From assembly GCA_963767535.1 (NCBI GenBank), contig CAVYEC010000002.1, positions 505,062-569,061 of the forward strand: a stretch of DNA of 64,000 nucleotides, written 5' to 3'. The notes below the pieces were generated by a model. The model did not search any database. It saw only the letters and a program-made list of their open reading frames with translations, and was not told the DNA's origin. Positions 30,034 to 38,678 of the stretch are shown here, in pieces (position 1 is the stretch's first letter; each line of letters begins with the position of its first letter). The translations under genes were made by a program, and so were the position numbers. The DNA is from an uncultured Planctomycetota bacterium. GTDB lineage: Bacteria > Planctomycetota > Planctomycetia > Gemmatales > Gemmataceae.

Positions 30034-32085
30034 CTAAACGACCACTGCCCGGTGTGCGAGTTCCGCCAGCGGTGCCACGATCAGGCGGTGCAGGAGGACA
30101 ACATCACCTTGCTGCGGGGCATGGGGGAGAAGGAGGTCAATCGCTACGCCCGCAAGGGCATCTCGACAGTTACTCAGCTGTCATGCACTTTCCGCATGCG
30201 GAAGAGGGGAAAGAGGGTCAAAACGCAACAGCGGCCTCATTACTTTGCCCTCCGGGCGCTGGCCGTCCGGGAAAAGAAGATCTACGTCCTCGGGACGCCG
30301 ACTCTTCCGATAACGCCTGTGCGCCTGTATTTCGATTGCGAAGGCGACCCAGAGCGGGGGTTCGTCTACCTTATCGGCCTAACCGTCGTTGGGGACGGGG
30401 AGGAGAGGCACTACTCGTTTTGGGCCGATAATGAGGCGGAGGAAGGGTCGATCTTTCAGCGGTTCCTCGACGTAGTGGGCCGGTATCCCGGTTCCACTCT
30501 CTTTTACTACGGCAGCTACGAAAGGGCGTTCCTCCGGAGGATGCGGAAGGTTTCGATGGGGAAGAAGTTGGTGGACCGTGTACTGGCCGATTCCTGCAAT
30601 GTCGTCGCAGTCATCTACGCCACCATCTACTTTCCGACCTACTCAAACGGGCTGAAGCACGTAGGCGCGTACCTCGGCTTCACCTGGTCCGAGGGCAACG
30701 CCTCCGGGGCTCAGAGTGTGGCGTGGCGAAGGGCGTGGGAGTCTGGCGGCGGGAATTCCGCCAAGCAGAAACTCATCACCTACAACGCCGAGGACTGCGC
30801 CGCCCTCCGGCGGCTGACCGAGCGTATCGCCGAGATCGTCGAGGGAATAGGAAAGGAAAGGAGCCAAGCCGATTCCGCTCTCGGGTCGCCAAAGGTGGTC
30901 CGGGCCGAGGATATTCCGGCGTCTACAACTCGTCGGGAATTCGGCCGGGGGAATTTCGCCTTCCCGGAACTTGAATACGTCAACCAGTGCGCCTACTTCG
31001 AGTACCAGCGCGACAAGGTATACCTCCGGACCAATACGACGCTAAGGCGAGTACACGCTCGCAAGGTGCAGCAGCGCACGAGAAAGCTCAGGGTCAACCG
31101 AAGAATCGTGATCCGGAGCCTTCGGTGCCCGTTCTGTCAGGGGAAGTCCATCCGGCGCTACCCGGACAAGATGCACGTCAAGTTGGCTTACGACTTGCGA
31201 ATCACAGAGGGCGGGATTAGGCGACAGGTCATTGAGTGTGCCGCCGCCCTTCACCGCTGCCTGGACTGCAAACGGGAATTCCTTCCCTGCCGCTACAAGA
31301 GGCGGGACAAGCACTTTCACTCGCTGAAGAGTTGGGCCATGTACCAGCACATCGCCCACAGAGTGAGTTTTCAACGGATTGAGGAGATGATCCGTGAGTT
31401 CTTCGGTCTGCGGGTCACCTATGTCGAACTCCACATGTTCAAATCACTGCTGGCGAGGCGCTACCGGTCCACCGTCCGGCGCCTCCTGGCGAAGCTGATC
31501 GCCGGGGCGGTCATCCACGCTGACGAGACTAATGTGAACCTCCAGAAAGGGAAGGGTTACGTCTGGGTGCTGGCGAACATAGAAGAAGTCGTCTACTTAT
31601 ACAAGCCATCAAGGGAGGGGGAGTTCCTTCACGAACTTCTGAAGGGCTTTGCCGGCGTCCTGATTTCTGACTTTTACAGCGCCTACGACTCGCTGCCGTG
31701 CGAGCAGCAGAAGTGCTTAGTCCACCTGATCCGAGACTTGAACCAGGACCTGCTAACGAACCCATTCGACGACGAATTTAAGTCGTTAGTCTCCGAGTTC
31801 GGGCAGTTGCTGCGGACAATCGTGGTGACCATTGATCGGTACGGGCTGAAGAGGAGGCACTTGGACAAGCACACTGACGATGTGGAGCGGTTTTTCCGCG
31901 CACTTGCCGGTCGTCAGCTTCATTCCGAATTGGCGCAGGGGTACCGGGAGAGGCTGACGAAGAACCGGCAGAACCTTTTCACCTTCCTCCGGCACGGGCT
32001 TTGCACATTTTTGAGGTTCTGCATTTTTATGCAGGCGGCTGCACATTTATTCGGGCGTCTGTGTTACACAGCAGTCTGTCGGCGG

Positions 32086-33786
32086 CTACGTCGGGATCGG
32101 CCATGCCTTGACCGCCAGCTCAGCTAAATATTCTTGGCGCTTTTTGATAGCCTCTTCATCCCATTCATCCCCAAGCGCAGCCAGAGCCTTTGTCAATCGG
32201 AAATCTGACTTGGCGTAATACTTCTTTGCGGCTTTAAAGGAGTCGTTGCCCCGGTTGGAATTGTCTTTAGGCGTCAGTAGCGCCATGTTGCCGATGCGCC
32301 GAACCAACCTGTCGGCAACATCGTCAGAGATGTTCCACACGGAAGCGTCTCGGTTCTTCGGCAAAATGTGTTCTAGGCTGCCAATCGTCTCGTCGTCTTC
32401 AGCCAGATACGGATTCGGCACTTTCAGGAGACCCCTCTCAAGGCATTGAAGGTAATACCGGGCCAGATAATCCGCGCTTACGGTTTCGGACGCGAACGAA
32501 ACCTTGAATCGCTCGTCGTTTGGCACGACCGTAGCCATCGACCGAATAAGTTCGGCAGCGTCTTTGATCTCCCCGCGTCGGATTTTGACCGCATGGCTTG
32601 AGTAGTATCTCTCCAGATTTCCTGGGGAACCGCCAGCGATAAGAAACCGGACAGACCAGCATACGGCGACCGGAAGAACTTTCTTTACCTCTGCCTTTGA
32701 AAATTTTTCGAGCATGGGCAGGAACAACATGCGGATCTGGGTGACGCGGAGGTGGCTATTGAGGATGTGGATGTTTCGTCGGACGTTCGGCCCCCACTCT
32801 TGCCAGTACTCGTGGTCCGCGTTCCTGAGTGCCGCGTACAGGATTGCGTCGTCCGCCAGTTGGGTAGAGAAATCAATCGCCGTCTGTTCGCCGCGAATCT
32901 TCTCTCTGATTTTTGCAAACACCTCTCGGTCTCTGGTGATCCCGTGAACGGATGACCAGAGTTGATGAATGTAGAACTTGCTGATGTCAGTCTCGCTGAC
33001 GGCCTGTAGCGTCCCTATCATACGGTTCCAATTGTGCTTCGCCTCTTCGACGCGCTTGCCTGACCGACCAAACAGATAGTTTTTTGTGAGGTCAGCAATC
33101 GACAATTCCAAGCCACGATCATTCAGAGTTTCAAAAATTACGAACGCATCTGCTGGATCGGAGACCTTGATAAGAATAACCTGCGCGTGTTGCTCGACAA
33201 ACTTCAGCCAGTTGTCAAGAACCGTAAGTTGATCGCTCGGCTTTCTCCCCGCCGTAACGTTCTGAACGTGGTCCTTTGCCAATTGTGCAGCCTCATCAAT
33301 GCGCGTGTGTGACTCGCGTAACGCTTTCGACCCTCGATCCAGTGTACCGGGTCGAGAAAGAATCCGCTTGCGGAAGTAGTCGTTATCGGTTTCATTGAGG
33401 ACGAGACTCGGTTCTTCCCGGCGTTCCCGGATACCGTACTTGCGGATGAGGTAGTCCCGCTCGATGTCAGTCGCAGGTTCGGTTTCTTTCAACTGAAGCA
33501 AATGGTCGCGCATCGCCGCAATGAGGATTGCCGTTGTCGCCAAGCGTTGTTGGCCGTCCACAATTTCGACGCTCCCCCCGTTGTTCTGAATGGCGACGAT
33601 TGAGCCGAGAAAATATTGCTTGCCCCCTTCGTCAAGTGCGCGACCAAGATCGGCGTAGAGATCACTCACATGAGACTTTTTCCACGCATAGGCTCTCTGA
33701 TAAAAAGGCACCTGCAATCGGTTTTCCTTGAGCATCTGGCCAATGCCCTTCCTGGCTGGGCCGTCGATCCCGCTCAGAGTAGCCAT
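32086..33786 (-). CDS. DUF262 + DUF1524 protein (GmrSD/BrxU-like type IV restriction-type nuclease)
   Basis: N-terminal DUF262 motifs QVPFYQRAYAW, FLGSIV and DGQQRL. C-terminal His-Me/HNH-like LEHILPKN..GNMALL..DNSNRGN. Visibly lower GC. Confidence 0.85.
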   Translation of the reverse strand: MATLSGIDGPARKGIGQMLKENRLQVPFYQRAYAWKKSHVSDLYADLGRALDEGGKQYFLGSIVAIQNNGGSVEIVDGQQRLATTAILIAAMRDHLLQLKETEPATDIERDYLIRKYGIRERREEPSLVLNETDNDYFRKRILSRPGTLDRGSKALRESHTRIDEAAQLAKDHVQNVTAGRKPSDQLTVLDNWLKFVEQHAQVILIKVSDPADAFVIFETLNDRGLELSIADLTKNYLFGRSGKRVEEAKHNWNRMIGTLQAVSETDISKFYIHQLWSSVHGITRDREVFAKIREKIRGEQTAIDFSTQLADDAILYAALRNADHEYWQEWGPNVRRNIHILNSHLRVTQIRMLFLPMLEKFSKAEVKKVLPVAVCWSVRFLIAGGSPGNLERYYSSHAVKIRRGEIKDAAELIRSMATVVPNDERFKVSFASETVSADYLARYYLQCLERGLLKVPNPYLAEDDETIGSLEHILPKNRDASVWNISDDVADRLVRRIGNMALLTPKDNSNRGNDSFKAAKKYYAKSDFRLTKALAALGDEWDEEAIKKRQEYLAELAVKAWPIPT

Positions 33787-33788
33787 TA

Positions 33789-34019
33789 TCAATCCTCTTG
33801 CGTTTCTTGCTGAAGGAATGGGACTGCACGGTCGGCCTCAATGAGTTCCCGACGAGCAGCCTGCCGCAGCCGCTCACGCACCCATGCAGAGAGAGCAAGT
33901 CCGGCGACTTGTGCCGCCTCCTCAAAACCTTGTTTCTCGGCAGCATGAAGGCGAATCTGGAGTAATTCTTCCTTGCGCCGTCCCGAACCGCCTCGCTGGT
34001 TCTTGTGTCTTGCAGCCAT
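33789..34019 (-). CDS. Ribbon-helix-helix (CopG/antitoxin-like) DNA-binding protein
   Basis: 76 aa. LLQIRLHAAEKQGFEEAAQVAGLALSAWVRERLRQAA has the strand-helix-helix pattern. Its stop lies 2 nt from (or overlaps) the start of the DUF262 gene. Confidence 0.65.
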   Translation of the reverse strand: MAARHKNQRGGSGRRKEELLQIRLHAAEKQGFEEAAQVAGLALSAWVRERLRQAARRELIEADRAVPFLQQETQED

Positions 34020-34130
34020 GTCGTAAATGTACTGAGAATGTTCTTACAGATCAACTACTAAGCTATCTATGTCAGAACAATGTCATTACACTATGGCTAG
34101 TGTACTTATGTCACTGAGCTATGGTGTCTC

Positions 34131-35393
34131 ATGGAACCACGCCGTCAAAAAGCCCATGAATTGGCGGGTCGAGCGAAAATCACTTTCGCGGATGGCTGCT
34201 ACTATGTCCCATCGCAGAGTGGCAGCGGGACGTACACGGTCATTCTCGATGAAGAGGGTGCGCTCTGCGATTGCCCAGATTTTGACCTGCGCGGCGAACC
34301 GGGTAAGCCGTGCAAGCACATCATGGCGGCTCGCCTGTGGCGTGACCGTCAAGCGCTTGGCGTCGGACAGGACAAGACGAACCGTGAACCGTCGCCCAAG
34401 CCCAAGCGGAAGACTTACCCGCAGCAGTGGCCCGAATACAACGCCGCGCAGACCAACGAAGGGCGGCACTTCCAAGAGTTGCTTGCCGATCTGTGCCGGA
34501 CGGTGGAAGAACCGCCCCATGCCGGACGGGGCCGCAAGCCGATCCCGCTGGCCGATCAGGTGTACGCCGCGACGATGAAGGTTTACAGCCTGTTCTCGGC
34601 ACGAAGGTTCATGAGCCAGCTTGAAGAGGCGGTCGAGCGCGGCCACGTCAGCCGCGCCATGCACTTCAACAGCGTCCTCAAGGCGCTGGAAAACGAAGCG
34701 CTGACGCCGATCCTCCATCGGCTCATTCAACTGAGTAGCCTGCCCATGCGGGCCATCGAGACGACCTTCGCCCCCGATTCGTCGGGCTTTTGCACGTCCC
34801 GTTTTATTCGGTATTTTGACGTGAAGTACGGTACCACGCGGGAAGAGGCCGAATGGGTCAAGGTTCACCTAATGACCGGCACGCGCACGAACATCGTTAC
34901 CGCCGTGGAGATTTGGGACAAGTACGCGAACGATTGCCCGCAGTTCAAGCCGCTGGTCGAGAAGACGGCGGAAAACTTTACGATCAAGGAAGTGCCAGCG
35001 GACAAGGGTTATCTGAGCCGCGATAACCTTGAACTGGCTGCCAAGATGGGCGCGACCGCGTACATTCCCTTCAAGGTCAACAGCACGGAGGGCGAAGGGG
35101 GAGGCGCTTGGGAGAAGATGTTCTTGCGGTTCATGCTGCTCCGGGAGGACTTCTTGCGGCACTATCATCAGCGGTCCAACGTGGAGTCCACGTTCAGCAT
35201 GATAAAGCGGAAGTTCGGGGACAGCATCCGGTCGAAGGGCGACACGGCCATGCGGAATGAGGCGCTGTGCAAAATCCTCGCGCACAACCTTTGCTGCCTC
35301 ATCTCGGCGTGGTATGAATTGGGTATCGAACCACTGTTCGGGGAGAAGACAGAAGAGGGAGCGGACGCGCTGCGGTTCGCGCGGCCGGGGTAA
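34131..35393 (+). CDS. DDE transposase (IS4/IS5-superfamily type) with N-terminal SWIM zinc finger
   Basis: SWIM motif CDCPDF..CKHI. DDE_Tnp_1-like C-terminus ADKGYLSRDN..YHQRSNVESTFSMIKRKFG..NEALCKILAHNL. Confidence 0.8.
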   Translation: MEPRRQKAHELAGRAKITFADGCYYVPSQSGSGTYTVILDEEGALCDCPDFDLRGEPGKPCKHIMAARLWRDRQALGVGQDKTNREPSPKPKRKTYPQQWPEYNAAQTNEGRHFQELLADLCRTVEEPPHAGRGRKPIPLADQVYAATMKVYSLFSARRFMSQLEEAVERGHVSRAMHFNSVLKALENEALTPILHRLIQLSSLPMRAIETTFAPDSSGFCTSRFIRYFDVKYGTTREEAEWVKVHLMTGTRTNIVTAVEIWDKYANDCPQFKPLVEKTAENFTIKEVPADKGYLSRDNLELAAKMGATAYIPFKVNSTEGEGGGAWEKMFLRFMLLREDFLRHYHQRSNVESTFSMIKRKFGDSIRSKGDTAMRNEALCKILAHNLCCLISAWYELGIEPLFGEKTEEGADALRFARPG

Positions 35394-35406
35394 TCGAGGA
35401 GGAATC

Positions 35407-35709
35407 ATGGTCTCTCTCGCTATCGGGGCAGGCATTCTCGGCATCATCATTGCCGTGATGGAGGAAGGCGAATTTCCCGGCTGGGGCAAAATGTTCGTCT
35501 GCGTCCTCGCCGCAGTCATTCCGGCGTGGATCATCAATCTGCTACTGCCGCCGGGATTGTTTATTGTCGGACTGACGGCCGGTGCTCTGTGTGCGGCCAT
35601 CGCTATCGCCGCAGTCTGCGGAATGAGTCCGCGTCGCGCCTGCATCGCGGCAGGCATCTATCTGGCGATCCAGGCCGCCATCAACCTGATGTTCTATTTG
35701 TGGGCCTAG
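35407..35709 (+). CDS. Small three/four-TM membrane protein (transposon cargo)
   Basis: 100 aa, almost entirely hydrophobic. It starts 14 nt after the transposase stop. Confidence 0.45.
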   Translation: MVSLAIGAGILGIIIAVMEEGEFPGWGKMFVCVLAAVIPAWIINLLLPPGLFIVGLTAGALCAAIAIAAVCGMSPRRACIAAGIYLAIQAAINLMFYLWA

Positions 35710-36310
35710 TGACGGCATGATTAAATCCTATGCAGCAGCCCAGCTTGCACATTTATTCCACGGCCTGCACATTTATTCGATTGAACGAGTGCAAATATGT
35801 GCAAAGCCTCCGGCACGACTCAGTGCCTTGGAACAACAACAATGCCGAACACGCCATCAAACATTATGCGCAATACAGGGAAGTTACGGACGGACAGATG
35901 ACCGAATCAGGGATAAATGACTACTTGGTCCTGCTGAGCGTGTACCAAACCTGCAAGTACAAAGCGGTAAGCTTTTTGAAGTTCCTTTTGTCGGGCGAGA
36001 AGGACGTGGACAAGTTTATTGAAGGTGGCGGCAAGGGGAGGCGAACAATTGGTCTTGAGCTTTACCCCAAAGATTTTAGCTCGAACCATCCCAGAAGGGG
36101 AGCACGTCGGAAGCAGAAACCTTCAGAGGGCGAAGCCGAGCAACCGCCGGAGTCTTCGGTTGACTAGCGGTGTAGCAAGAGGGGACATTTGAACAGTCGA
36201 AAGAGTAATACCCGACGTGGGTTGCGACAAACGCACAAAAATACTCCTACACCCAATCGCAGCGGATTGAACTCGGCCAGACGTGTGAAAAAAGTCTAGA
36301 AATCAATCAG

Positions 36311-36385
36311 AAAAGCCCTTCGACCTGTTGGCCGAAGGGCTTCCCTTGAAAAAAGTCGGGGCGACAGGATTTGAACCGGCCGGGT
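36311..36385. repeat. Cassette-boundary repeat, copy E, carrying a tRNA/Y-RNA 3'-end-like segment and abutting the hslU stop codon
   Basis: Hairpin aagcccttcg-N10-cgaagggctt, then gtcggggcgacaggatttgaaccggcc. On the minus strand this reads GGTTCAAATCCTGTCGCCCCGAC (T-loop + acceptor 3' strand). 16/16 nt are identical to Y-RNA unit 1 (agtcggggcgacagga). Confidence 0.7.
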
Positions 36386-36386
36386 C

Positions 36387-37721
36387 TCACAGGATGAAGC
36401 GGCTCAAATCTTCCTTCTGCAAAATCTCCGTCAACCGCTGGCGGACATACGGGCCGTCGATGCGGATATGTTTGTCGGAGCGGTCGGGGCCGTCGAAGCT
36501 GATGTCCTCGACAACGCGCTCCAGGATGGTGTGCAACCGGCGGGCGCCGATGTTCTGCATCGTGCTGTTGACCTCGTAGGCAATGTCGGCCAGCGCCTCG
36601 ATGCCGTCGCGTGTGAACTCCAGCGTCACGCCTTCCGTGGCCAAAAGCCCGGCGTACTGCTTGGTCAGCGAATGCTTCGGTTCCGTCAAAATGCGCAGAA
36701 AATCCTCTCGTTTCAGGTCGGTCAATTCGACTCGGATCGGGAATCGGCCCTGTAATTCGGGCATGAGATCCGACGGCTTCGACACATGAAATGCGCCGGC
36801 CGCGATGAATAGAATGTGATCGCTGCGCACGGGACCGTAGCGCGTGTTCACGGTCGTGCCTTCGACCACCGGCAAGAGATCGCGCTGCACGCCCTGGCGC
36901 GATACGTCCGGGCCGTGCGTCGATTGCGGGCCGCAAATCTTGTCCAGCTCGTCGATGAAAATAATGCCCTGGTTCTCAACCAGTTCGACGGCTTTCTCGG
37001 CGACGACCTGGCGGTCGATGAGGGCTTCCGTCTCCTGTTCCAATAAAATGCGGCGGGCCTCGCGCAGCGGCACCTGGCGCTGCTGCGCTTGCTTGGGCAT
37101 GATTTTCTCGAACATATTTTGGAAATCGACATCCATCTGCTCCATGCCGAGGTTGGAGAAAATCTGCACCGGCACGCCCTTTTGCTCGATGTTCAGCTCG
37201 ACCATGCGATCTTCTAGCTCGCCGGCCTCCAGTCTCGCTTTCATCTTGTCGCGGCTGCGCTGCTGGCGTTCTTCTTCCTCCGGGTTCTCGGGATCCCAGC
37301 CGGACGCGCGCGGCAACAGCAAATCGAGCAGTCGATCGTTGACGCGCTCGCGGGCGCGGGTTTCGACGAGCTGGCGCTGTTCGGAGCGGATCATGCCGAT
37401 GGCCATCTCGGTCAGATCGCGGATCATGCTCTCGACATCGCGGCCGTGGTAGCCGACTTCGGTATATTTGGTGGCCTCGATCTTGAGAAACGGCGCGCCG
37501 ACGAGTTGGGCGAGCCGGCGGGCGATCTCGGTCTTGCCCACGCCGGTCGGCCCGATCAGGATGATGTTCTTCGGCGCGACATCCTTGCGCAAATCCGGCG
37601 GCAGTTGTTGGCGGCGCCAGCGGTTGCGAATGGCGATGGCCACCGCGCGCTTGGCGGCGTCCTGGCCGACGATGTAGCGATCCAGCTCCGCGACGATCTG
37701 CCGAGGCGTCAAATCAGCCAC
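36387..37721 (-). CDS. hslU: ATP-dependent protease ATPase subunit HslU
   Basis: GTG start. Walker A GPTGVGKTEIARRLA. IIFIDELDKI. C-terminal ..RLHTILERVVEDISF. Confidence 0.92.
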   Translation of the reverse strand: MADLTPRQIVAELDRYIVGQDAAKRAVAIAIRNRWRRQQLPPDLRKDVAPKNIILIGPTGVGKTEIARRLAQLVGAPFLKIEATKYTEVGYHGRDVESMIRDLTEMAIGMIRSEQRQLVETRARERVNDRLLDLLLPRASGWDPENPEEEERQQRSRDKMKARLEAGELEDRMVELNIEQKGVPVQIFSNLGMEQMDVDFQNMFEKIMPKQAQQRQVPLREARRILLEQETEALIDRQVVAEKAVELVENQGIIFIDELDKICGPQSTHGPDVSRQGVQRDLLPVVEGTTVNTRYGPVRSDHILFIAAGAFHVSKPSDLMPELQGRFPIRVELTDLKREDFLRILTEPKHSLTKQYAGLLATEGVTLEFTRDGIEALADIAYEVNSTMQNIGARRLHTILERVVEDISFDGPDRSDKHIRIDGPYVRQRLTEILQKEDLSRFIL

Positions 37722-37738
37722 GTTTTACCTCCAGAACA

Positions 37739-37900
37739 AGAGAATTAACCACGAAAGACACGAAAAACACGAAAAAAAGACAAAAAAGAAAGAAAAACTT
37801 CAACCGGACTGAAAAGACAAACGAGGAGCGACCCGCACTTATTTTGTTTTATTCTTTGTCTTTTTTTCGTGTTTTTCGTGTCTTTCGTGGTTAATTCTCT
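37739..37900. repeat. 46-bp perfect inverted repeat (70-nt loop) filling the hslV-hslU intergenic space; CACGAA-word family
   Basis: agagaattaaccacgaaagacacgaaaaacacgaaaaaaagacaaa (37739-37784) is the exact reverse complement of 37855-37900. Confidence 0.9.
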
Positions 37901-37903
37901 TCT

Positions 37904-38436
37904 TTATAGCTCTTCCACGTCGATGTTGCGGTTGGTGTAGATGCACAGGTCGGCGGCGATTTCCAGGGCGGCGCGGACGATGCCGGCGGCACCCAGTTCG
38001 GTATGAGTCATCAGGCGCGCGCGGCGGCCACGGCGTAGGGGCCGCCCGAACCGACCGAGGCCACGCCGTCGGTCGGCTGGATCACGTCGCCGGTGCCGCT
38101 GACGACCAGCAGGTGCTCGCGGTCGGCCGCCACCAGCATCGCCTCCAGGCGGCGCAAGCTGCGATCCATGCGCCAATCCTTCGCCAATTCCGTCGCGGCG
38201 CGGGGAACGTTGCCCTGGAAGTCTTTCAGTTTGGCCTCGAAGCGCTCCAGAAGCGCGAAAGCGTCGGCCGAGGCGCCGGCGAAGCCGGTCAGCACCTTGC
38301 CGCCGTGCAGCCGGCGGATCTTGTGGGCGTCGCTCTTGACGACGTACTGGCCAAGTGTCACCTGACCGTCGCCGCCCAGGGCCACGCCTTCGCGGTGACG
38401 CACGGCCAGGATCGTTGTGGAGTGTAATCGGGGCAC
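37904..38436 (-). CDS. hslV: ATP-dependent protease peptidase subunit HslV; frame break ~38012-38020
   Basis: GTG start gives [27 protein letters not shown] (propeptide + catalytic Thr, CodW-like). [13 protein letters not shown]|[28 protein letters not shown]. Confidence 0.85.
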
Positions 38437-38678
38437 GGCAAATCTCCCTCGGGGATTCCGCTTGACCAGCCCGCAGCGCAAGCAAGGGAATCGAATCACC
38501 CTTGCTTGCGCTGCGGGCTGGTCGGGCCAGCGCGGTTCCGATCTCTGTATAAATGGACAGCGATCGGCCCCCACATCGGGGGCTGTTCCGGAAGGCCCAT
38601 ACCCCTGATAATATAAGAGAACGGTCTGGCGTGTTCACGGCGACTGCCGGAACCTTTTGCCGAGGAGAACGTGTCCCT

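Larger units (their letters stand above)
31997..35808 (+). mobile_element. 3.8-kb transposon: SWIM-DDE transposase plus cargo (RHH protein, DUF262/DUF1524 nuclease, small membrane protein)
   Basis: Inverted termini ggctttgcacat (31997-32008) and atgtgcaaagcc (35797-35808), about 17/18 matching when extended. 9-bp direct duplication TCCGGCACG (31988-31996 and 35809-35817). Subterminal ctgcacatttattcg occurs at both ends. Excision restores the IS66-like ORF. Confidence 0.8.
27946..36167 (+). pseudogene. RecB-family (TM0106-like, Cas4-type PD-(D/E)XK + RNase-H-like) nuclease fused to an IS66-type zinc-finger/DDE transposase; disrupted by two nested insertions
   Basis: The exon-like segments 27946..28519, 30038..31996 and 35818..36167 rejoin in-frame: ..LPRLLL|NDHCPVCEFRQRC.. 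and ..NLFTFLRH|DSVPWNNNNAEHAIK... Cys cluster CPVCEFRQRC. YFDCEGDP exonuclease-like motif. CPFCQG..CLDCKREF zinc finger. IS66 DDE region HADETNVNL..GYVWVL..ISDFYSAYD..QKCLVHLIRD. Confidence 0.7.

Noticed and set aside
36356-36385. A complete tRNA or the 5' end of a tmRNA (GGGGCGACAGGATTTGAAC..) next to hslU.
   Set aside because: Only about 30 nt are tRNA-like. On the minus strand the 5' half would have to lie inside hslU coding sequence, and no CGGGGCG acceptor partner is present. On the plus strand the tmRNA-like similarity ends after ~20 nt and also runs into hslU.
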